Shown piece after piece: positions 17,234 through 25,090 of a stretch of DNA of 64,000 bases. This stretch comes from a virus, in the IMG/VR virus record IMGVR_UViG_3300017917_001616, positions 10,983 through 74,982 of that record; one strand, written 5' to 3'. A model generated the notes under the pieces. That model saw only the letters and a program-made list of their open reading frames with translations, did no database searches and was not told the origin of the DNA. The number at the start of each line of letters is the position of its first letter. Within the stretch, counting starts at the first letter, position 1. The position numbers were made by a program, and so were the translations under genes.

Positions 17234-17347
17234 AATATAGATCAAGCCTAGTTGATCTCGAAAGTCGCTAGGCCCGCCCTTGCAAGAGGTTATAGAAAGG
17301 ATCGAGACTTTCTATGTGGGATCGTTCCCCACCAAGGGTATCGTTAC

Positions 17348-17439
17348 GGGGGATGCAAGTAAGGCTAGGTGGTCCTGGCGGCTGGCTGTAAACCAGTCCC
17401 TGCAAAGGCAAGGCGTTCGAATCGTCCCATTCCCCACCA
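17348..17439 (+). tRNA. tRNA-Tyr(GTA), atypical
   Basis: 8-bp acceptor gggggatg/cattcccc, enlarged D region, CCA. Confidence 0.7.
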
Positions 17440-17444
17440 AATAT

Positions 17445-17520
17445 CCCTAGGTAGTTCAGTTGGTAGAACACATGCCTGAAGAGCATGGTGTCGGCGGTTC
17501 GATTCCGTCCCTAGGGGCCA
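17445..17520 (+). tRNA. tRNA-Phe(GAA)
   Basis: catgc-ctgaaga-gcatg, CCA. Confidence 0.9.
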
Positions 17521-17523
17521 TAT

Positions 17524-17599
17524 CTGTCTGTAGCTCAACTGGAAGAGCAAGGGATTTCTACTCCCTAGGTTGCGAGTTCGACTCTTGCCAGGCAGGCCA
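17524..17599 (+). tRNA. tRNA-Arg(TCT)
   Basis: aggga-tttctac-tccct, CCA. Confidence 0.88.
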
Positions 17600-17601
17600 A
17601 T

Positions 17602-17676
17602 CCTGATGTAGTGATAATGGTAGCACACTGAGCTGTGGACTCAGTAGAGTTGGATCGTAACCAACCGTCAGGACCA
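17602..17676 (+). tRNA. tRNA-His(GTG), A73 and no G-1
   Basis: ctgag-ctgtgga-ctcag, ends ggacca, preceded by T. Confidence 0.88.
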
Positions 17677-17766
17677 AAAAAATTAAAAAAAGATGAAAAT
17701 AGTTGTTGACTCCAAGATGTCTTGAATGTAGTGTGTATATGTAAGTTGAGAACAACGGAGACAACA

Positions 17767-18123
17767 ATGAAAGTTATCGTCCAGCATATCGACCAAGATC
17801 GTGATACTGGTGCTGTTTTGGGCTTTACTAATGTTGCAGAAGTTAACGTGTGGCACACCGAAGACATCGACGAAGCACTCGAATACGCTTATCGTTGGAC
17901 CAACAACGTGTCAGGTTCGTGGAGCATCAAGTTGCGAGATATGCGACTGCGTGATGGCACTATGTTTGAGAATGGTGACTACAACGATGATGTAACTGTG
18001 CTTGTTCCCTTGCATAAGGGCGGAGTTGGTTTGCGTAGCACTTCGATGTTTGACCGTATGATTCTTAACGGCAAGACATACAAAGTATCGATGGTTGGGT
18101 TTACTGAAATGGAGACTGCATAA
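17767..18123 (+). CDS. Hypothetical early protein
   Basis: ggag RBS after promoter at 17706; GLRSTSMFD motif. Confidence 0.7.
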   Translation: MKVIVQHIDQDRDTGAVLGFTNVAEVNVWHTEDIDEALEYAYRWTNNVSGSWSIKLRDMRLRDGTMFENGDYNDDVTVLVPLHKGGVGLRSTSMFDRMILNGKTYKVSMVGFTEMETA

Positions 18124-18389
18124 TGTCGGACGTTACTAAGTTTTTTGCAATCGCACTTAATAGTGCGCTAGCAATTGTTGTAATCGGGATGGTGGTTAAC
18201 TACGATCCCATGCGGGCAGCAATCGATCATGCTGTGCTAGTTGCAATTATGAGCGAGTAATGAAGTTAGACCCCGAAGAAAGAATACTGTTAACAAAGGA
18301 GGAAGCTGAGCGTATTGAAGACATATGTAAAAATCCTCCCGAGCCGACCGACTACGTAAGACGATATATTAACGCATATAGGAAGAAAG

Positions 18390-18528
18390 ATGAAACGAAA
18401 ACGCCAAAAGGTTCCTAAGGAAAGGAACGTGTTTGTAGCTGCCGCATTGTTTCGCAAGGCAGGCGCACACACTAAAACAAACAAAGCGAAACGAAAACGT
18501 GAAAAACAAGACTTCACAGAAAACATTA
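18390..18528 (+). CDS. Small basic protein whose frame runs into tRNA-Lys (formal stop at 18716)
   Basis: MKRKRQKVPKERNVFVAAALFRKAGAHTKTNKAKRKREKQ. Confidence 0.5.
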
Positions 18529-18615
18529 GGACCGGTGCCCGAGAGGCCGATGGGGACAGACTTTTAATCTGTAGCAGCAATGCCAACGAAGGTTCGAATC
18601 CTTCCCGGTTCACCA
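18529..18615 (+). tRNA. tRNA with Lys(TTT) anticodon and long variable arm
   Basis: acaga-cttttaa-tctgt, 87 nt, CCA. Confidence 0.8.
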
Positions 18616-18925
18616 TTACTTTGATGATACGTAAAATATGGGTTCGATTCCCGGCACTATACCTCGCAAGGGTGAAGGGCTCCTTTAAGGTAGGATTGAA
18701 CGTATCTTCTAAGTAATGATTATTTTGACGATAACAGAATAGCAGATCCTGGGTAATTAAGTTTGCTTTAGAGTGGGATCAGGGATATGTTGCGAGCCCT
18801 GCTGTTATCTTCTAAGTAATGACATTGTTTTGATGATATATTGATACCGAAGGGCACGACGGTTTGGTTAGTAACCCTGATGCCGGGTGAACGGTTCGAA
18901 TCCAACAATATATCTTCTAAGTAAT
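18616..18925 (+). repeat. Tandem array of three family-A closed-stem RNAs
   Basis: tttga(t/c)gata ... tatcttctaagtaatg three times, period ~103-105 nt, unrelated interiors. Confidence 0.75.
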
Positions 18926-19000
18926 GCGCCGGTAGCTCAGAGGCAGAGCAGGGGGCTCTTAATCCCAAGGTCGAGGTTTCGAAATCCTCCCGGCACACCA
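18926..19000 (+). tRNA. tRNA-Lys(CTT)
   Basis: ctcttaa loop, CCA. Confidence 0.85.
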
Positions 19001-19008
19001 AAGAATAT

Positions 19009-19086
19009 TGTCCTAGAGTCGTCCAGGTGACGGCACCTGGCTGTTAACCAGGATGGAGAGAGGTTCGAGTCCTCTTAGGACAGCCA
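19009..19086 (+). tRNA. tRNA-Asn(GTT)
   Basis: cctgg-ctgttaa-ccagg, G73, CCA. Confidence 0.85.
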
Positions 19087-19288
19087 AAATAGAATAGTGA
19101 ACTCGAGAGGATAAAAACTAAAACACTGCAAGCTGATCACTTGCTGATTTAAAAAAACAATACTAAATCAGTTTTAGTTTGACTTTCGATGTAGCTTAGT
19201 AGGGCGGCCACTAAAACTCCGGAGAGATGGCTCATTACCATCCAGTGCCCTACGACCAATTACTGTGTTATAAATAAAATTAAAAGGT

Positions 19289-19834
19289 ATGTTTATGACA
19301 CTAAGACACGTTTTTCTAGACTACGATTTTTCATTATTTCTAGGTGCAAACTATCACATACACGAAGGAAGTTGCATTAAGCATCAAGTGTATGAACTCA
19401 CTGATATTCACAATGAATACGGCGGCTTTCCTGACTCTTACAGTTTTGAAAATACACGTATTCATCAGCTCTGGTGGAATGAAGAACAAGTTGATTTTGT
19501 CGAGTTAGGAAATCAACTTGGCATGGATGTAGTGACTATAAGCACTATACTGCAGCCGCCGGGAAATGTTATTCCTATACACCGAGATACGTTTTTTCAA
19601 ATAAAAAACAAATATCCAGATGACAGTAGAGTTAAGGTCAGGGCTAACATATACTTAGAAGAATGGGCAGTCGGTCACCTTATACAATACAAAGAGAACG
19701 GTGAGTGGAAAAATTCTACACATTGGAAGGCTGGCGAAGGCTGGTTATGGGATAGCAGTATTTTGCATCTTAGTGCCAATGCAGGAATGAAAAACAAATA
19801 TACTATGCAAATAAGCGGCTTCTTACGAGAATGA
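19289..19834 (+). CDS. Cupin / 2OG-Fe(II) oxygenase-like protein
   Basis: PGNVIPIHRD ... LHLSANAG ... MQISG. Confidence 0.65.
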   Translation: MFMTLRHVFLDYDFSLFLGANYHIHEGSCIKHQVYELTDIHNEYGGFPDSYSFENTRIHQLWWNEEQVDFVELGNQLGMDVVTISTILQPPGNVIPIHRDTFFQIKNKYPDDSRVKVRANIYLEEWAVGHLIQYKENGEWKNSTHWKAGEGWLWDSSILHLSANAGMKNKYTMQISGFLRE

Positions 19835-21030
19835 TTTCTAAGGATGTTTTTGTTGTGTTAAGCAACACTGTTGAAAGTTATCATTCTTTTTTATCTGTTA
19901 AAAATGAACGTATAAACAGCATAGAAAATACTTTAGGTTTTTATCCAGGGTTTGACTATAACTTACTTGTAAATTTTAAATTTGCAAAGTTTTTACCCGT
20001 CGATTCGTTAAAGTTAGTATTAAATTTAACTATGTTACCAAATTACGTTAATATATACCTAGATAGTGAAGTAATCGATTATATAAATCAAACAGACAAC
20101 GTATATCTTTGGTTATATTCGCCGCACGAATCTACATTACGATTTGATTTATTGTTCGACGAATTACAAAAACATAATATAAAATTTGAAAAAGTCATTA
20201 TATCTAACAGTAGTGATCGCTATCATCATAAAATAGTAGATGGTGTAAAGTTTACTTGTTTATATAATTGGTGGGAACAATATTATAAGTTTCATTTACA
20301 GACCTTTACAGACGTTTCCTTTGTGACTCCGGAACAAAGATTAGCAACTATTAGCACTGCAAATAAAAAGTTCTTAAACTTAAACCGGAATTTAAAAAAC
20401 TTCAGAGTTTGGTTCTATTACAAAATGATAGAACACGGCGTCGTAGATCAAGGACATGTAAGTTACCATTTGCCTACAATAGCAAATAGTTTTGAAGATT
20501 ATAATTTGTTTTTAGAAAAAGAACTATCTAAACTAAACAACAATACATTAAAAAATAAAATTTTACTAACACCTGAAATTTATAAAGTCAAAGAACTTGA
20601 TGCGTTAAACCATAATATGATAATCAATTACCAAAATAGTATTGCAGATTATTATAATGACAGTTTAGTATCTTTTACTTGCGAAAGTTTATTAGAAGAA
20701 AACTTTATAACGGAAAAAACATTTAAGTCTATAACACATTCGCATCCGTTTATAATGATAGGCAACGATAAGATAACACAACGATTAAGATTAGCGGGCT
20801 ATAAAACCTTTGAATCAATATTTGGGTTAGATCACGTATCTACCTTAGATGCTGCAGATGAATTGTTATATGCAGTAAAGAATACAACGTTAGACAATTT
20901 AAAGAAAATTGTTAGAGAAGAATGTTTTGAAGATGTGACGTATAATTACAATCATTTTTTTAATCGAAAAGTTCATTTCAACGAAATACTCGACGATATT
21001 AAAAAAGTGGTTGACTTCAAGACATCATGA
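19831..21030 (+). CDS. Hypothetical protein, glycosyltransferase-like family of large phages
   Basis: KFLNLNR, FITEKTFK...HPFI, GYKTF motifs. Confidence 0.55.
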   Translation: MISKDVFVVLSNTVESYHSFLSVKNERINSIENTLGFYPGFDYNLLVNFKFAKFLPVDSLKLVLNLTMLPNYVNIYLDSEVIDYINQTDNVYLWLYSPHESTLRFDLLFDELQKHNIKFEKVIISNSSDRYHHKIVDGVKFTCLYNWWEQYYKFHLQTFTDVSFVTPEQRLATISTANKKFLNLNRNLKNFRVWFYYKMIEHGVVDQGHVSYHLPTIANSFEDYNLFLEKELSKLNNNTLKNKILLTPEIYKVKELDALNHNMIINYQNSIADYYNDSLVSFTCESLLEENFITEKTFKSITHSHPFIMIGNDKITQRLRLAGYKTFESIFGLDHVSTLDAADELLYAVKNTTLDNLKKIVREECFEDVTYNYNHFFNRKVHFNEILDDIKKVVDFKTS

Positions 21031-21052
21031 AAGTATATATAAATTAACAAAT

Positions 21053-21127
21053 GCCTCTGTAGCTCAGTGGAAGAGCTCTGGTCTTCGAAACCAAGGGTCG
21101 GGAGTTCGAATCTCTCTAGGGGCACCA
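21053..21127 (+). tRNA. tRNA-Arg(TCG)
   Basis: cttcgaa loop, CCA. Confidence 0.88.
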
Positions 21128-21132
21128 AATAT

Positions 21133-21208
21133 ACTTCCGTAGCTCAATTGGAAGAGTGCCGCCCTACGAAGGCGATTGTTGGGGGTTCGAGTCCCTCCGG
21201 GAGTGCCA
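21133..21208 (+). tRNA. tRNA-Arg(ACG)
   Basis: ctacgaa loop, CCA. Confidence 0.9.
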
Positions 21209-21214
21209 ATTTTA

Positions 21215-21291
21215 TAGGCCGTAACTATGGTGTAGTCGGACAATATGACATGTTGTCGTCGGAGATGGGTTCGATCCCCGCAGGCCTACCA
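21215..21291 (+). tRNA. Degenerate tRNA-Val(GAC)-like
   Basis: aggcc/ggcct, gacaata-tgaca-tgttgtc, T loop, CCA. Confidence 0.5.
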
Positions 21292-21295
21292 ATTT

Positions 21296-21369
21296 GCTGC
21301 TATAGTATAAAGGTATTATGCGTCTTTGGTAAGGACGAGACGGAGGATCGTTACCTCCTAGCAGCACCA
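21296..21369 (+). tRNA. tRNA-Thr(GGT)
   Basis: cgtct-ttggtaa-ggacg, CCA. Confidence 0.88.
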
Positions 21370-21388
21370 GAAAAAAGATAAAAAAGAT

Positions 21389-21450
21389 GTTGACATTTAT
21401 AACGTCTTACTTTAAATGTAACATGTAGACGATGAAGATGCTCTTTGACA
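21389..21450 (+). promoter_or_regulatory. sigma70 promoter plus boxA
   Basis: ttgaca at 21389, tgctctttgaca at 21439. Confidence 0.65.
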
Positions 21451-21460
21451 AATTAAACAA

Positions 21461-21964
21461 ATGACTTGGTTGTGTGCAGAACACGTAAACCCAAGTTGCG
21501 TAAATAACAGAAGCTGGTGACTATAGCATATTGTTAATGCGCTACATTGAAGGAAAGATGGCGTGGCGACCATCCAGAGCAAAGGCTCTGCAAGCACAAA
21601 TCAGCTAACATGTGCGTCAGTTGTAGAGAAACTTGTCGATTCAAGTCAATGGTCGCTTCTGTTTTCACATGCACATGCGGTAGGCGCCGCTTCGAAAAGG
21701 TATGAAAGACCTAACGCCGAAAGGATAGCGAAAGACACTCTGCAGGGTGGCTCGAGTAACTAACATGTGCAGCTGAAAGCAGAAATACCTGGGCGATGAC
21801 TCGAGTAAAGCAATCTTTACCAGAGGTTGTTTGAAAGACGGCGTCAGGCTCGATACTCTAATTGTAGGGGTGCATAACGTCTACTACTACGGGCATCGGG
21901 CGGCAAGATAAGGTGCTGGTAACACTGGACTTGCTGGTGGGTTCAACTTCCCATGCCTTGGTCA
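21461..21964 (+). ncRNA. Unknown ~500-nt structured RNA
   Basis: No credible ORF; cagaagc/gcttctg, tgcacatg/catgtgca, GAAA tetraloops; 3' tRNA-like module. Confidence 0.55.
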
Positions 21965-22118
21965 AAATAATAGATTGGCCTGAGTTTGATGTTTCTCGAG
22001 ATAAATCATTCCAGGACGACGTCGGCCTGTGTTCCCACCGTGCTTGAGCCGACGATAAAAAAGCAGAGTGAAAATGCTTGAGAGACTGTTCAGTTAACGG
22101 TGGGCCGTAATTTAGTTA

Positions 22119-22225
22119 CGCTGGGTCTAGCATGGTGCTGTCGAAGAGGTTGATCTCTCCTAGACGAAGTAGAGAAATGAAACGCTCATGTGCTTCATCC
22201 CGTTCGAATCGGACGCCCGGCGCCA
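22119..22225 (+). ncRNA. Enlarged tRNA-like element ending CCA
   Basis: cgctggg/cccggcg acceptor, gttcgaatc T loop, no canonical anticodon arm. Confidence 0.5.
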
Positions 22226-22427
22226 ATTAACACCCATGTTCGTCTTGCTTAGTTTAGCATGTATGACTTGGGCACCAAATATTCACTATACAGGGGGTCG
22301 ACATTCTGTGTAGAGAGAACACTGCCTAGCCCGTGGGACCTCGGGGTAGCATTAAGGCGAAATACCAGTTCGTGCAGGGGTAAAAGTCCTAACGGGGGGT
22401 CCCAGGAAATTTTTAAGGTAATAGAAG

Positions 22428-22949
22428 ATGAAAGAAGCACGTAAATACCTAGTATTTTTGGATGTTGATGGCGTGTTTACTTCGTCACGTGTTCATTATG
22501 GTCACAATGCTAGCTACGATATGTGGCACAGGTTTGATCCAGTTGCAGTAGACTTTATGAATAAGATTCATGATCGGTATCCAGTTGAGTTTGTTCTAAT
22601 GTCAACTTGGAAAAACTATATCGATGTAAAAAGTCATATGATCCAGCATTGGGTTCGTGCTGCATTTGGTAATAGCGGTTTCAGGGGGCAACTTGCAACT
22701 CCGTGGAAAACAGATCCTGACGAACTTTGGATCAACAGAAAAAACTTTGACCGAGGCGACGAAGTAAAAGAGTATTTAGATGTATACGGACAGGATGTCA
22801 ACGATTTCATCTTATTTGACGACAATGCTTATAACTTCGATAAAGCACTAGGAGTTAAGCGGCTAGTAAGAACAGATCATGAAAATGGACTGTTATACAA
22901 GCATATGCTACATGCCCAGAGTATCATGGGACAATGGCATGAACGATAG
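22428..22949 (+). CDS. HAD-family (Swiss-army-knife RNA repair type) domain protein
   Basis: FLDVDGV, STW, RGDEV, FILFDD motifs. Confidence 0.7.
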   Translation: MKEARKYLVFLDVDGVFTSSRVHYGHNASYDMWHRFDPVAVDFMNKIHDRYPVEFVLMSTWKNYIDVKSHMIQHWVRAAFGNSGFRGQLATPWKTDPDELWINRKNFDRGDEVKEYLDVYGQDVNDFILFDDNAYNFDKALGVKRLVRTDHENGLLYKHMLHAQSIMGQWHER

Positions 22950-23013
22950 GTAGCTGCAACTACCTTGGCTAGGAGACTATCTTTAACGAACTTTGCAGAG
23001 TTGTTGATAGGTA

Positions 23014-23085
23014 GACTGTTTCGTCTAACGGAGAGGACGCTGCCTAGAGGTGGCAGAGATATAGGTTCGAATCCTGTAGCAGTTT
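23014..23085 (+). pseudogene. tRNA-like pseudogene (GAG-centred loop, no CCA)
   Basis: gactgtt/agcagtt, ctgcc-tagaggt-ggcag, ggttcgaatcc. Confidence 0.5.
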
Positions 23086-23104
23086 TGCTCTTAGCCAGAA
23101 ATTA

Positions 23105-23183
23105 GTCCTTGTAACGGAAATTGGTAAACCTCTTCCGTCGAGAGCGGCAGGATTTGTGGGTTCGAGTCCCACCAAGGACACCA
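23105..23183 (+). tRNA. tRNA-Leu(GAG), short variable loop, C33
   Basis: gtccttg/caaggac, ccg-tcgagag-cgg, CCA. Confidence 0.7.
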
Positions 23184-23246
23184 ATTAATATCTTGACATT
23201 ATACCAAATGTAATTTACAATTTAGTAGAAATATGAAAGGTATAGC

Positions 23247-23813
23247 ATGACAAAAGATATTTGGGTTATTAGTGATACGCACTTTAACCACGCAAACATT
23301 CTAAAATTTACAGATAGTAACACAGGCGAATTGATTCGTGGCGCTAAATTTCAGTCAGTGACTGAAATGGACGAATATATGGTAGACCGTTGGAACAGCA
23401 CAGTAAAGCCCGGGGATAAGGTTTATCATCTAGGCGATGTTATGTTCGGAGATAAAGAGTATTTCCAAAAGCTATGGCCTAAGCTACACGGACAAAAGCG
23501 TCTTATTGTGGGAAACCATGACGACATTAAGTATCTATCTAGTGGCGGGTTCTTTGCAAAGGTTCATATGTGGCGTATGATGACTGAGTTTGGCTTGCTG
23601 CTAACACATGTTCCTGTTCATCCTAGCAACTTGCGAGTATACGCTGTAGAAGGCGAATACAACGAGGGTGATGTAGGAACAGTTCAAAAGACGTTTCTTA
23701 ATGTTCATGGACATATTCACCAAAATCCAAGCCCAGAAGGGCCATATCGCAATATGAGCGTAGAGGCCATTGATTATACTCCTGTTAACATCGAAGAACT
23801 GAGGATTAAGTAA
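23247..23813 (+). CDS. Calcineurin-like metallophosphoesterase
   Basis: SDTHF, HLGD, GNHD, HGHIH. Confidence 0.9.
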   Translation: MTKDIWVISDTHFNHANILKFTDSNTGELIRGAKFQSVTEMDEYMVDRWNSTVKPGDKVYHLGDVMFGDKEYFQKLWPKLHGQKRLIVGNHDDIKYLSSGGFFAKVHMWRMMTEFGLLLTHVPVHPSNLRVYAVEGEYNEGDVGTVQKTFLNVHGHIHQNPSPEGPYRNMSVEAIDYTPVNIEELRIK

Positions 23814-23971
23814 ATGCTAGAAATTATTCTGTGGTATGTGTTGCCTAATGTTGCACTGTTTGGCAGTCTTTATCTACTTGGTAAAGGCATTGAGCGAGCA
23901 ACATGGTTTTTTATTGAAAACTATGACGATATTGTCTCTGGTAAACTCACTCTAAAAAAGAATCGTTAATA

Positions 23972-24208
23972 ATGCGTTGGAAATCATATCAAGGGCCCAA
24001 GTCGGGTGAGAAGCGTGTAGTAGAATGTTTTGCAATTCTTCCAACAAGACTAGATGATGGTTATACAGTATGGTTAGAAAAATACTATGCTGTAGAAACA
24101 TGGGATGATGGCACAACTAGCACTGGGTTCGGTTATTGGAAAACAAATAGCACTTCGTCAGAACATCCACACAAACCTGACACTGGAAGTAATTATCGGA
24201 GAACATAA
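23972..24208 (+). CDS. Hypothetical protein
   Basis: FAILP...VWLEKY small phage family. Confidence 0.6.
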   Translation: MRWKSYQGPKSGEKRVVECFAILPTRLDDGYTVWLEKYYAVETWDDGTTSTGFGYWKTNSTSSEHPHKPDTGSNYRRT

Positions 24209-24858
24209 TGACACTAACAAGACTAATCGGCGACATTCACGGAATGGTAAATGATTATAAGGCATACTCCATTGGAGATTTCGCCGGGCCTACTATCCAA
24301 ATAGGAGACTTTGGCATTGGCTTTGGTCAGAGCGATTACTGGCATGAAAGCGTTAATGAGTTTCACACTATTGGTGGGCATCGTTTTATTCGTGGCAATC
24401 ACGATAATCCTGCAACTTGTAAGACAATGTCTGGATATATCCCAGATGGTCTAGTAGAAAACGATGTGATGTTTATCGGCGGCGCATGGAGTATCGATAA
24501 CCCAAATGCTCCTCCGGGGTGGTATCGCAGAACTGCTAATTATGACTGGTGGGACGATGAAGAATGTTCGGATAAACAATTTCGACATTTCCTTGAAATT
24601 TATGCTACTGTAAAGCCTCGAGTTATGATTACACATGACTGTCCTGCTAAAGTTTCTTACCCTATGTTTTGGGGAAGCGGCTTTATCAAAGGACCGGTGT
24701 ATCCTAACCGCACTAGCGCATGGTTTGATAAGTTTATCGATGTTCACGAGCCTGAAGAATGGTATTTTGGACATTGGCACAAAACCATGGCACACAAACA
24801 CGGTCGCACAATGTTTCAGTGTATTGGCGAACTAGATTATATGGATGTAGAGCTATGA
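24208..24858 (+). CDS. Metallophosphoesterase
   Basis: GDIHG, GDFG, GNHD, THDCP, FGHWH. Confidence 0.9.
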   Translation: MTLTRLIGDIHGMVNDYKAYSIGDFAGPTIQIGDFGIGFGQSDYWHESVNEFHTIGGHRFIRGNHDNPATCKTMSGYIPDGLVENDVMFIGGAWSIDNPNAPPGWYRRTANYDWWDDEECSDKQFRHFLEIYATVKPRVMITHDCPAKVSYPMFWGSGFIKGPVYPNRTSAWFDKFIDVHEPEEWYFGHWHKTMAHKHGRTMFQCIGELDYMDVEL

Positions 24859-25031
24859 TACATGGCGGTCATTTGCTGTTATTTTGTATCTTGTTTTGGG
24901 TGCTTGTGATTTTCTTTAGTTTTCAGTATATCGGTTGTTCAAATTACTTACTTATGTGGTATCAAATTACAGAATGTGTGTTGACTACAAATCAAACACC
25001 ATTCTTTAAGTAAAGATTACAATATTTTCTA

Positions 25032-25063
25032 TTGACAACCGAGATGTCTTACACTATATTATA
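25032..25063 (+). promoter_or_regulatory. Early promoter with AGATGTCT spacer palindrome
   Basis: ttgacaaccgagatgtcttacactatattata. Confidence 0.7.
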
Positions 25064-25090
25064 AGTGTAGACAGCGAAGAGAGGCACTAG

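Noticed and set aside
18616-18925. CRISPR array
   Set aside because: Only three units with ~70-nt interiors; unit ends pair with each other with covariation; no cas genes in the window.
19198-19259. Extra tRNA-Met (gatgg-ctcatta-ccatc, ends ACCA)
   Set aside because: No T arm or proper D arm; at most a mini-helix mimic.
21461-21964. tmRNA or RNase P RNA
   Set aside because: No GGGG..ACCA Ala acceptor with G3:U70, no tag ORF, no GAGGAAAGUCC or CGGCUUA P4 motifs.
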